This document shows, in pieces, positions 1-8,201 of a stretch of DNA of 32,000 bases. Position 1 is the first letter of the stretch; each line of letters opens with the position of its first letter. Below the pieces are notes generated by a model, which ran no database searches, was not told the DNA's origin, and was given only the letters and a program-made list of their open reading frames with translations. This DNA comes from Horticoccus luteus (GTDB lineage: Bacteria; Verrucomicrobiota; Verrucomicrobiia; Opitutales; Opitutaceae): NCBI RefSeq assembly GCF_019464535.1, contig NZ_CP080507.1, positions 3,780,001 to 3,812,000 of the forward strand. The letters run 5' to 3'. Position numbers and translations under genes: made by a program.

Positions 1-1
1 G

Positions 2-910
2 CTCAACACCGCCCTCCTGTCTGAAGGGCAAAAGAGAACCTTTCTCGCACGCCAAGACTACGACTACGCCCTCGCGATCACCGCGACCGACCGCTACCGC
101 GTCAACCTCATGTTCCATAAGGACGGCGTCGCGGGCGCCTACCGCATGGTGCCGGAAAAAATCCGCACGTTGCCCGAACTCGGCTTCTCCGCCCACCTCC
201 CGACCCTGCACAAGCTGCTGTCCTACCACAACGGCCTCATCCTCATCACCGGGCCCGTCGGCTCCGGCAAGACGACGACCCTCGCCTCAATGGTCGCCTA
301 CCTCAACGAGACGCGCACCGACCACATCATCACGGTGGAAGATCCCATCGAGGTCGTGCAACCCGCCAAAGGTTGCAACGTCACGCAGCGCGAGGTCGGC
401 CCGCACACCCAATCATTCTTCACCGCACTCAAGGGCGCCCTCCGCGAAGATCCCGACGTCATCGTGATCGGCGAGTTGCGCGACCTCGAAACCATCGAGA
501 TGGCCATCACCGCCTCCGAAACCGGGCATCTCGTGATCGCCACCATGCACACGAGCGATGCCGCCACCACACTCACCCGCCTCCTCGACGTTTTCCCCCC
601 CTCCCAGCAAACCCAGATTCGCGCCAGCGTGGCCGAAAGTTTGCGCGGCATCGTCTGCCAGCGCCTGCTCCCCACCCCCGAAGGCGCGCTCGTGCTCGCC
701 TGCGAAATCCTCGTCAGCAACGTCGCGATTCAAAGCCTCATCAAAGAAGGCAAAAGCACCGGTCTGCGCAATACGATGGAGACCGGTGTGAAGGATGGGA
801 TGTGCCTGATGGATAATGTTGTTTTCAGCCTCTATAACGACCGCCAGATCTCCGCCGAGACCGCCCTCGCCAACCTCAACAACCGCGTGCTCCGCAATAA
901 AATCACCTGA
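2..910 (+). CDS. PilT/PilU-family type IV pilus retraction ATPase (5' end cut by window edge)
   Basis: The frame is open from the window edge. In-frame residues upstream of the listed Met (LNTALLSEGQKRTFLARQDYDYALAITATDRYRVNL) continue a PilT N-domain. Motifs: Walker A GPVGSGKTTT, IITVEDPIE, Asp box DPDVIVIGELRD, His box ATMHT. Stop TGA at 908-910. Confidence 0.9.
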   Translation, partial: LNTALLSEGQKRTFLARQDYDYALAITATDRYRVNLMFHKDGVAGAYRMVPEKIRTLPELGFSAHLPTLHKLLSYHNGLILITGPVGSGKTTTLASMVAYLNETRTDHIITVEDPIEVVQPAKGCNVTQREVGPHTQSFFTALKGALREDPDVIVIGELRDLETIEMAITASETGHLVIATMHTSDAATTLTRLLDVFPPSQQTQIRASVAESLRGIVCQRLLPTPEGALVLACEILVSNVAIQSLIKEGKSTGLRNTMETGVKDGMCLMDNVVFSLYNDRQISAETALANLNNRVLRNKIT

Positions 911-1093
911 AGCGATGACGCCTCCGATTTTCGAATCCTCTCCCGCGCCCGCTTTCCCCTCCGCGCGGATGCACCCTCCCTCGTTCATCCAAGCTCGCCT
1001 CGCGGGCGTCGGCAACTCGCCCCGACGCGCTCCGCGCCCGTCGCCATCCGCGTCCCGCCCGGACCCTCTTTCCCCCGCTAATTTCTGACCGTC

Positions 1094-2170
1094 ATGGCCG
1101 CCCTCGACCATCTCCTCACCGCCATGCTCGCGCAGGGCGGATCCGACCTGCACCTCACCATCGGCCTGCCGCCCAAAATCCGCGCCTCCGGTGCCCTCGT
1201 GCCGCTCAACGACATCATCCTCGAGCCGCCCGCGATGGAGGCCCTCCTCAAGGAAATCTGCCCCGCCAAACGCTGGGAAGAGTTTCTCGAACGCAAAGAC
1301 CTCGACCTCGCCCACGAAATCCCCGGCGTCGCCCGCTTCCGTGCCAACTTCCTCTACAACCACTGGGGCCAGGCCGCCGTTTTTCGCCAGATACCCGCCA
1401 AAATTCTCTCGTTCGACGAACTCAAGCTGCCCGCCGCGCTGAAAAAACTCTGCCACCTCAACGAGGGCCTCGTCGTCGTCACCGGGCCCACCGGCTCCGG
1501 CAAATCCACGACACTCGCGGCGATGATCGACTATATTAACACGAACCTCTGCAAACACATCATCACGATCGAGGATCCGATCGAGTTCGTGCATCCGGTT
1601 AAAAAATCCGTCATCGTCCATCGCGAAGTCGGCGAGCACACCGAATCCTTCGGCGCCGCCCTCAAAGGCGCGATGCGCCACGACCCCGACATCCTCCTCC
1701 TCGGCGAGATGCGCGAAATGGAAACGATCAAGCTCGCGCTCGGCTGCGCCTCGATGGGCATGCTCGTCTTCGGCACGCTTCACACCAACAACGCCGCCAA
1801 GACCGTCGACCGCATCATCAACACCTTTCCCGGCGACGAGCAGAACCAGGTGCGCGTCATGCTCGCGAGCTGCCTCTCCGGCGTGGTCGCCCAGCTCCTC
1901 TGCAAACGCATTCCCACGGGCCGCTGCGCCGTCCACGAGATTTTGCTCACGCATGAGGCGCTGCCCAACACCATCCGCAGCGGCCAGATCGCCAATATCA
2001 AAGCCATCATCGAAAGCGCGGGCAACGACGGCATGATTACCATGGACAACAGCCTCATGGCCCGCGTCAAGGATGGCACCATCGAGCCCAAGGAGGCCTA
2101 TATGAAAAGCGCCAACAAAGCCCTCTTCGCCCCGCTCCTCAAACCCGGCGAGCTCGACGGCGCCCACTGA
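1094..2170 (+). CDS. pilT: Twitching-motility ATPase PilT (full length, 358 aa)
   Basis: ATG at 1094. Motifs: N-terminal GGSDLHL, Walker A GPTGSGKSTT, IITIEDPIEF, DPDILLLGEMRE, GTLHTN. It sits in tandem with the preceding paralog. Confidence 0.9.
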   Translation: MAALDHLLTAMLAQGGSDLHLTIGLPPKIRASGALVPLNDIILEPPAMEALLKEICPAKRWEEFLERKDLDLAHEIPGVARFRANFLYNHWGQAAVFRQIPAKILSFDELKLPAALKKLCHLNEGLVVVTGPTGSGKSTTLAAMIDYINTNLCKHIITIEDPIEFVHPVKKSVIVHREVGEHTESFGAALKGAMRHDPDILLLGEMREMETIKLALGCASMGMLVFGTLHTNNAAKTVDRIINTFPGDEQNQVRVMLASCLSGVVAQLLCKRIPTGRCAVHEILLTHEALPNTIRSGQIANIKAIIESAGNDGMITMDNSLMARVKDGTIEPKEAYMKSANKALFAPLLKPGELDGAH

Positions 2171-2194
2171 TCGTCCGGCATCCGCCGCGCCCGC

Positions 2195-2217
2195 GCCGCG
2201 CTCCGCCTCCGCGCGGC
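2195..2217. terminator. GC-rich hairpin between convergent genes (possible bidirectional terminator, no U-tract)
   Basis: Perfect 7-bp stem gccgcgc (2195-2201) / gcgcggc (2211-2217) with a 9-nt loop. It lies between the pilT stop (2170) and the stop of the minus-strand gene (2232). Confidence 0.2.
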
Positions 2218-2231
2218 ACCCTCCGTGCGCC

Positions 2232-2639
2232 TCAGGTCCGCATCGAGAGATAACTCACCAGGTAGTGCACCGCCCAACCGAGGAAAAAGATGATCAGGAT
2301 GATCATCCACGCGGGAATTCCCCGGGGGCTTTCGCTCCCGTAGATGATAAAACTTTTCTGGTTTCCCTTGCTGTAGGCATTGATCATGAGCGGCACATCG
2401 CCGTCCACGGTCTCGTTGGCACTCAAGCCTTCGATATCAATCGCGGGGCCGTTGCGCACCGTAAACGGGATCAACCGCACACCGGTCTGCCCGGAGGAGT
2501 CCGTGCTGAGCACCTTGAGCACATGCGGACCGTCACTGAGCTTGCGCGTGTCCAAATCGAACGTGACGGGCGACGAAAACTCCCCCAAGGGAGTGCTTTC
2601 GTCGTCGAGCAACACGCGGATCGAGCATTTAGTCTCCAT
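2232..2639 (-). CDS. Hypothetical C-terminally anchored membrane protein, last gene of the cbb3 operon
   Basis: 135 aa of non-repetitive sequence with a beta-rich, Ig-like N-terminal part. It has a single C-terminal TM, PAWMIILIIFFLGWAVHYLVSYL. The start overlaps the upstream ORF by 11 nt, which suggests translational coupling. Confidence 0.6.
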   Translation of the reverse strand: METKCSIRVLLDDESTPLGEFSSPVTFDLDTRKLSDGPHVLKVLSTDSSGQTGVRLIPFTVRNGPAIDIEGLSANETVDGDVPLMINAYSKGNQKSFIIYGSESPRGIPAWMIILIIFFLGWAVHYLVSYLSMRT

Positions 2640-2907
2640 GATTCTCCTGACTGATGATTAGATTCTTGATGTGCGTCGATGCGCGCTCCCCCGGGCGCAA
2701 CAGACACCGCAGAGCGTAGGGCAGCGTGCTGAAAGTCCCGATGGCGATCGTGACGACGATTACATAGTCCCACACCCCGCCCGGCGATTTTCCGTGCGTG
2801 TATTCAGTGAAGAGACTCGGTTTCGCGCCTCCGCACATCTCGCAGGCGTGCGAGGCGAGCGAGCTGACGAAGAAAGTGCTTAATGCAAGGAGACCACGCG
2901 TTCTCAT
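2629..2907 (-). CDS. Small hypothetical membrane protein (signal peptide, CxxC, one TM), cbb3 operon
   Basis: 92 aa. N-terminal signal-like MRTRGLLALSTFFVSSLASHA, then CEMCGG, then the TM WDYVIVVTIAIGTFSTLPYAL. Its ATG overlaps the ccoO stop (ATGA at 2904-2907). Confidence 0.55.
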   Translation of the reverse strand: MRTRGLLALSTFFVSSLASHACEMCGGAKPSLFTEYTHGKSPGGVWDYVIVVTIAIGTFSTLPYALRCLLRPGERASTHIKNLIISQENHGD

Positions 2908-3926
2908 GGCGTCAGCTTCTTGAGGATGGCCTCGACTTCCTCCAGCGGAACTTCGCGCGCCTGATTGCCCCAGCTCGTGCGTTCATGATTGATGATCGCC
3001 TGGATCTGCGGCGCGGTGAGCTTGTTAAGAACGCCGATCGCGGGCATCGCCGGATAACCCTCACTCTCGCGCGCCGTGTAACCTTTCATGATGATGCCGA
3101 TCATTTTTTCCGGACTATCATCCAGCACCACGGAGCTCCCTTTCAGCGGAGGAAACGCCCCCTTCAACCCTTCGCCGTTCGGTTGGTGGCACGCCTGGCA
3201 ATTGCTGGCGTAAAGCGCCGCGCCATCAAGTTTCGCCGGGCCCGCGGCCTCCGCGCCCTGACCCGCCGCCACCGCGTTGGCCACGGCCGGCGTGGCGGCG
3301 TAGAGGAATTGCGGCGCACGTTCGCCCGTCGGCAACGGCGTCTGTTTCAGCGAAAGCAAATACGCCACCAACTGCCGCGCTTCCGGCCGCGCCACGATGG
3401 TCACACCCGGTCGCGGTTTGAAAGCATCCGGCACCGGCACCGACAAGTCGCCGGGTCCGGCGGCGGCCTTCTCTTCGAACAACCACGGATAGGCCGGCAT
3501 GATCGATGCATCGACCACCGAGCGCGGGTTGTAGAGATGCATCAACTGCCACGTGTCGCTCGGTTGCCGGTTGCCGATGTCGGTCAAATCAGGGCCCGTG
3601 CGTTCACTGCCCATCAGCGTCGCGGTGTTGCGCCAAAGATCCGTGCGATGAATGCGCGCGTAGTCAGCCGCGATGCTCGGACGCGATCCCCACGGCTCAT
3701 CCATGCGGACGTTCCGCACCTGCTGCGTGTGGCACGCCACGCAGCCATTCGCGATGTAGAGATTCTTTCCGGCCTGTTCCTCGGCCGTCAGCGCGCGGCT
3801 GTTCGGCAACGGGGCGAAATTCTTCTGATTCTCCAGCGCCGGAATAATGGCCACCGGCAGCGTGAGCAAAATGAACATCCCGGCCACCATGCCGAAGAGG
3901 ACGCGATGGTTGTCGAAAATCTTCAT
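2904..3926 (-). CDS. ccoO: cbb3-type cytochrome c oxidase subunit II (CcoO/FixO) fused to a C-terminal monoheme cytochrome c domain
   Basis: N-terminal TM followed by the first heme motif CVACH and FixO-like GPDLTDIG and MPAYPWLF. An Ala/Gly-rich linker leads to a second heme motif, CQACH, with a downstream AMPA (Met ligand region). ATGA overlap with the ccoN stop at 3923-3926. Confidence 0.88.
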   Translation of the reverse strand: MKIFDNHRVLFGMVAGMFILLTLPVAIIPALENQKNFAPLPNSRALTAEEQAGKNLYIANGCVACHTQQVRNVRMDEPWGSRPSIAADYARIHRTDLWRNTATLMGSERTGPDLTDIGNRQPSDTWQLMHLYNPRSVVDASIMPAYPWLFEEKAAAGPGDLSVPVPDAFKPRPGVTIVARPEARQLVAYLLSLKQTPLPTGERAPQFLYAATPAVANAVAAGQGAEAAGPAKLDGAALYASNCQACHQPNGEGLKGAFPPLKGSSVVLDDSPEKMIGIIMKGYTARESEGYPAMPAIGVLNKLTAPQIQAIINHERTSWGNQAREVPLEEVEAILKKLTP

Positions 3927-5563
3927 GACTGCGCTCCTTCCATCTCCGCGAACGAGCCCGATTTATCCCGGCCCGAAATCATTTTATACACGTTGAAGGC
4001 AAATATAATGTGCGACGCCCACATCAAAGTGCCGCCGATCGCGCGCCACAGCCAATAAGGCGCCATGAGCACCACGCTGTCGATGAACGGCTTGCCTTCC
4101 AGCCAGGACAGCCCCCTCAGGGTGCCGCCCAGCATCAAGGGCACCGTATATAAAAGCAGCCCGACGAGCGCCATCCAGAAGTGCGCGCCCACGGAAGCCT
4201 GCGGCGGCTCGCGGCCCGTCAATCGTGGCACGACCGCGTAGATGCAGCCCCACAGCAGAAACGTGATGATGCCATACATCGTGAGGTGGGAATGCGCCAC
4301 GGTGAAGTCCGTGAAGTGCCAGATCAGGTTCGTGGAACGAAACGCCTCCGCCGTGCCCTGCATCGATCCCGTGAAATAGAAGACCACGCCCACGAGGAAG
4401 AACGGCAGCGTGTAGCTGCTCGCCACCTTGCGGAAGCTGCCCTTGAACGTGAGCAGAAAGTTCGCGGTGCCGGCCGCCACGGGCAGAATCATGCCACCGC
4501 TGCAGACGATCGCCACCGTTTGCAGCCACCACGGAATCGGGCTGAAGATGAAATGGTGCGTGCCAATCATCGTGTAGAAGAAAATCTGCGTCCAGAACGC
4601 CAGCACGCCCAGGCTGTAGGAATAGATCGGCGTGTTGAGCTGCTGCGGCAGGAAGTAGTAGGTCAGGCCCAGCAACAGCATCATAAACCACATGCCGACA
4701 CCTTGGTGCATGTAGTAGCCCTGCGTGATCGTCTCGCCCAAGCCGTTTTGCCAGAACGGCAGATAGGCGACAATGGAGATGATGATCACGAACATCATCG
4801 CCGCTATGATATACCAGTTGGAAATATAAATCTCTTGCGTGGTGCGGCGCGCAATCGTCACCCAGCAGTTGATCAAGGTGATGATGATGCCCACGCCAAA
4901 CAGCGCCATCACCGGCCAGATGTATTCGCGATATTCTCCCCCGCCGTTGTTGATGCCCGCCATCAGGCAGAGGCTGCCCAGCGTCACGGCGGCATTGATG
5001 AGACCCAACGTCCACCAACCGGCGCGCAGGCTGGCGAGCCGCACGTTGCTCACGCGCGCCACCACGTAGTAGCTCAAGCCGACCATCGCGAGGGAGCACC
5101 AACCCCAAAACACCGCGTTGGTGTGCACCGGCCGCAGCCGGCCGAAACTCAGCCAGCTCACGTGATCCACGTCGGGCGACACGAACTTGATGCCGAGATA
5201 CTCGCCGACCGTGGTGCCAAACAGCAGCCAGAAGACCGAGGTGCCGATGAACCACAGAATCAACCGCGCAAACGCCGGCTCCACCGGCTGCCGCTTCATC
5301 GCTTTGCGCTTGGCGGGCAGCACGCGCATCGCGCCCGTCTGGTCGACATGGTGGATCACCCCTTCCGGTCCCCGGCTGTCGTTCGCCTCGTCGGTGGACT
5401 GCGCCGCCGCGCGCGGCGCGCCGAGGCGCAGCAGGAACAACCATCCCGCCACCAGCAGCGGCAACAGGATCAGAACGAGCGTGATAAGAACCCCCGGCGC
5501 GCTCCAGATCGTGGATCGATCGACGGCAGCTTGCGCGAGGAGAGCGGCGTGGACGGGTGACAT
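3923..5563 (-). CDS. ccoN: cbb3-type cytochrome c oxidase subunit I (CcoN) with an N-terminal extension of about 90 aa
   Basis: Polytopic heme-copper oxidase core with RLRPVHTNAVFWGW, YYMHQGVGMWF, GTHHF, FTVAHSHLTMYG. ATG at 5563. Internal Met codons at residues 79 and 89 are alternative starts that would remove the extra TM (GVLITLVLILLPLLVAGWLFLL). Confidence 0.9.
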   Translation of the reverse strand: MSPVHAALLAQAAVDRSTIWSAPGVLITLVLILLPLLVAGWLFLLRLGAPRAAAQSTDEANDSRGPEGVIHHVDQTGAMRVLPAKRKAMKRQPVEPAFARLILWFIGTSVFWLLFGTTVGEYLGIKFVSPDVDHVSWLSFGRLRPVHTNAVFWGWCSLAMVGLSYYVVARVSNVRLASLRAGWWTLGLINAAVTLGSLCLMAGINNGGGEYREYIWPVMALFGVGIIITLINCWVTIARRTTQEIYISNWYIIAAMMFVIIISIVAYLPFWQNGLGETITQGYYMHQGVGMWFMMLLLGLTYYFLPQQLNTPIYSYSLGVLAFWTQIFFYTMIGTHHFIFSPIPWWLQTVAIVCSGGMILPVAAGTANFLLTFKGSFRKVASSYTLPFFLVGVVFYFTGSMQGTAEAFRSTNLIWHFTDFTVAHSHLTMYGIITFLLWGCIYAVVPRLTGREPPQASVGAHFWMALVGLLLYTVPLMLGGTLRGLSWLEGKPFIDSVVLMAPYWLWRAIGGTLMWASHIIFAFNVYKMISGRDKSGSFAEMEGAQS

Positions 5564-5638
5564 GAAAGGATTAGGTTACAGATGCGCGGTTTTGAAAACC
5601 TTGATCCAGGTCAAGGGATGCGGAAACGCGTCCGCCGT

Positions 5639-6880
5639 TCACTCGCTCATCGCCTGCCCCGCCAGCCATCCGGTCGTCCAGGCCGATTGAAAGTTGAAGC
5701 CGCCCGTCACCCCATCGATGTCGAGCACTTCGCCCGCGAAATGCAGCCCCGGGCACAGTCGGCTTTCCATCGTGCGAAAATCCACCTCCCGCAAACGCAC
5801 CCCGCCGCAGGTGACAAACTCCTCCTTGAACAAACTCTTCCCTTTCACCGTAAACGCGGCCTCCGTCAATTGCCGCGCCAGCGCCGCCAGCGCCTCACCC
5901 GACACACCCGCCCATTGCACCGTCGCGGGTATCCCCGCCGCCGTCACCAGTTTCTCCCACAACCGTTGCGGCAAACCGAGCGGGCACCATCCGCCCACCA
6001 GTTTTCGCGGATGCTCGCTGCGCACGCGTGCCCACTCCCCGCGCAAACTCTCCACCGTGTGCGGCGGAAGGAAATTCACCGTGATCTGAAATTCGTAATT
6101 CGCCTCCGCCAGCTCGCGCGCCCCCCACGCCGATAATTTCAAAATCGCCGGGCCGCTCAGCCCCCAATGCGTCACGAGCAACGGCCCGCTCTCCGCCAGT
6201 TTTGATCCCGCCACGCGCACCGCCACGTTTTCCACCGCCACGCCGGAGATGCCTTCGACCCGCCGGTCGTCGATGTGAAACGTGAACAGCGATGGCACCG
6301 GCGGCTCGATCGCGTGCCCCAGCGCCGCCGCGATCGTCAGGCCCGCCGAACCGCGATTGCCCCCCGTGGCGATCAACAGCCGGTCGCACTCCACCGATGT
6401 TTCGTCGCTCAACGTCAACGCGAACCCGCCGCCTTCCTTTCGTTCCGCCCGCCGCAACGCCAGCGACGTGTGCAACGTCACGCCCGCGCGCTCCGCCGCC
6501 TCTCGCAAACACGTCACAATCGTCGCCGAATCATCCGTCACGGGAAACATCCGGCCGTCGCCCTCGGCCTTCAATTCGACGCCCCGCTCGGCGAGCCACG
6601 CCACCATGTCGCGCGGCTGAAACCGGTGAAACGCGCCGAGCAATTCCCTCCCGCCGCGCGGATAACGCTTCACCAACTCCCGCGGCTCGAAACACGCATG
6701 CGTGACGTTGCACCGCCCACCGCCCGACACCCGCACCTTCGCCAGCGGATGCGCCGTCGCCTCGTAAATCGTCACCCGCCCGCCGCCGCCCGCCGCGTGC
6801 AGCCGCTCCGCGGCCACGATCGCCGCGAAAAAACCGGCGGCGCCCCCGCCAATCACCGCGATGTGTTTCGAGTCGCTCAT
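5639..6880 (-). CDS. HI0933/YhiN (BaiN-like) family NAD(P)/FAD-dependent flavoprotein
   Basis: N-terminal dinucleotide fold IAVIGGGAAGFFAA, plus GGGRCNVTH, LLIATGG, and C-terminal VTCGGV and GEVLDIDGVTGGFNFQ. Confidence 0.88.
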   Translation of the reverse strand: MSDSKHIAVIGGGAAGFFAAIVAAERLHAAGGGGRVTIYEATAHPLAKVRVSGGGRCNVTHACFEPRELVKRYPRGGRELLGAFHRFQPRDMVAWLAERGVELKAEGDGRMFPVTDDSATIVTCLREAAERAGVTLHTSLALRRAERKEGGGFALTLSDETSVECDRLLIATGGNRGSAGLTIAAALGHAIEPPVPSLFTFHIDDRRVEGISGVAVENVAVRVAGSKLAESGPLLVTHWGLSGPAILKLSAWGARELAEANYEFQITVNFLPPHTVESLRGEWARVRSEHPRKLVGGWCPLGLPQRLWEKLVTAAGIPATVQWAGVSGEALAALARQLTEAAFTVKGKSLFKEEFVTCGGVRLREVDFRTMESRLCPGLHFAGEVLDIDGVTGGFNFQSAWTTGWLAGQAMSE

Positions 6881-6964
6881 GCCGGCGCAGCGTGGCGCGC
6901 GCCCGCCGGGCGACGAGAAAAAAGCCGCGCCCGGGATGAAGCGCGGCGGAGAGGCGCAGCCAGC

Positions 6965-7381
6965 TCAGTTAGCGTGATGCATCCGCCGTCCGCGGCCTTC
7001 CATGTGCTCTTCGCGCAACGCGTCGAACTTCGTCTGCTGATCCGGCGTGAGCAGCGCGCGGATCTGTTTCTTCGTGTTCAGCATGATCTCCAGCGCCTTG
7101 TCGCGCTTCTCCGCCCGGGGCGTGTTTTCGTCGGCGTGCAATGCCTTCTGCTGCTTCGCACCGTCATCGAGCACGGCCTTCACTTTCGCCTGCTGATCGG
7201 CGGTCAGATCGAGCTTTTCCGTCAGCATCTTCAATCGGTCCGGCCGCGCATGACGCGCCGGATGTGCGTCCTGATCGGCCGCGGGCGCCGGGGCCGGATT
7301 GTCCTGCGCTTGCACCAACGGCGCCATGGGCGCGAGGCCCAGCGCGGCGATTAACAACATGAGTTTCGGGGATGTTTTCAT
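6965..7381 (-). CDS. Periplasmic Spy/CpxP-like (LTxxQ motif) protein
   Basis: Start taken at internal ATG 7381 (MKTSPKLMLLIAALGLAPMAPLVQAQ, a signal peptide). There are two LTxxQ motifs (LTADQQ, LTPDQQ) in a helical, charged protein. The longer 166-aa form adds an Arg/Ala-rich leader that does not look like coding sequence. Confidence 0.65.
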   Translation of the reverse strand: MKTSPKLMLLIAALGLAPMAPLVQAQDNPAPAPAADQDAHPARHARPDRLKMLTEKLDLTADQQAKVKAVLDDGAKQQKALHADENTPRAEKRDKALEIMLNTKKQIRALLTPDQQTKFDALREEHMEGRGRRMHHAN

Positions 7382-7463
7382 CGGGCAACGTGACGCCACC
7401 GCCCACCGACGGTTACGCGTGAAGCTTGCCGCCTCGCTGCCACGCGCCCACGCTCCGCGCTCC

Positions 7464-8195
7464 ATGATCGAAGCGCTCGGGCTCGGTAAACGTTACGGCG
7501 ATTTCACGGCAGTCCAGGACTTGTCCTTCTGCGTGCGGCCCGGCGAGGTGCTCGGATTGGTCGGCCCCAACGGCGCCGGTAAAACCACCTCCCTGCGCTG
7601 CCTCGCCGGCATCATCCCCGCCACCGCCGGCACGGTGCGCATCGCCGGGCACGACATCGCCCTCGACCCCGTCGCCGCGAAACGCGCCCTCGCGTTTTTC
7701 CCCGACGAACCGCGGCTCTTCGACTATCTCACCGTGCGCCAGCATCTCGCCTTCGTCGCGCGCATCTACGGCGTGGACCGGCACGAAGAGATCGCCGCGC
7801 CGCTGCTCGACGAACTCGAAATCGCCGACAAAGCCGACGAACTCCCCGGCGAACTCTCGCGCGGCATGCGCCAGAAACTCGCGATCGCCTGCGGCCTGCT
7901 GCACCATCCGCGCGTGATGTTTTTCGACGAGCCGCTCACCGGCCTCGACCCGCTCGGCATCCGCCGGATGAAGGACTCGATTTTGAAACGCGCGCGGGAC
8001 GGCGCCGCCATTGTGCTGAGCTCGCACCTCCTGCATCTGCTCGAGGAGGTTTGCTCGCACGTGCTGATTTTGAAATGCGGACGCAAACTCGCCGCCGGCA
8101 CCTTGCCCGACGTCGTCGCGCAATTCTCCGCCGGCGAGACGGACGTGAGCTTGGAAGACGTGTTCATCCGCGCCACCGGCGGCTCGGAACGCTGA
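7464..8195 (+). CDS. ABC transporter ATP-binding protein
   Basis: Start at ATG 7464 (MIEALGLGKRYG). Motifs: Walker A GPNGAGKTT, signature LSRGMRQKL, Walker B VMFFDEP, H-loop SSHLL. Confidence 0.9.
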   Translation: MIEALGLGKRYGDFTAVQDLSFCVRPGEVLGLVGPNGAGKTTSLRCLAGIIPATAGTVRIAGHDIALDPVAAKRALAFFPDEPRLFDYLTVRQHLAFVARIYGVDRHEEIAAPLLDELEIADKADELPGELSRGMRQKLAIACGLLHHPRVMFFDEPLTGLDPLGIRRMKDSILKRARDGAAIVLSSHLLHLLEEVCSHVLILKCGRKLAAGTLPDVVAQFSAGETDVSLEDVFIRATGGSER

Positions 8196-8201
8196 ACCGC
8201 C

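Noticed and set aside
930-938. TTCGAATCC, a tRNA T-loop-like string just after the first pilT-family gene
   Set aside because: There are no flanking T-stem complements and no acceptor or anticodon arms, and the 5' side would lie inside the CDS. No tRNA can be folded.
413-2167. 584-aa minus-strand ORF spanning both pilT genes
   Set aside because: It is antisense to two genes with unambiguous ATPase motifs. Its product is low-complexity G/A/E/D/H-rich sequence, a typical high-GC shadow ORF.
2883-5560. ORFs 2883-4058 (+), 4181-5560 (+) and 3984-5444 (-) overlapping the cbb3 genes
   Set aside because: These are shadow frames of ccoN/ccoO and are Arg/His/Gly-rich. The minus-strand frames chosen carry heme-copper oxidase and CxxCH motifs.
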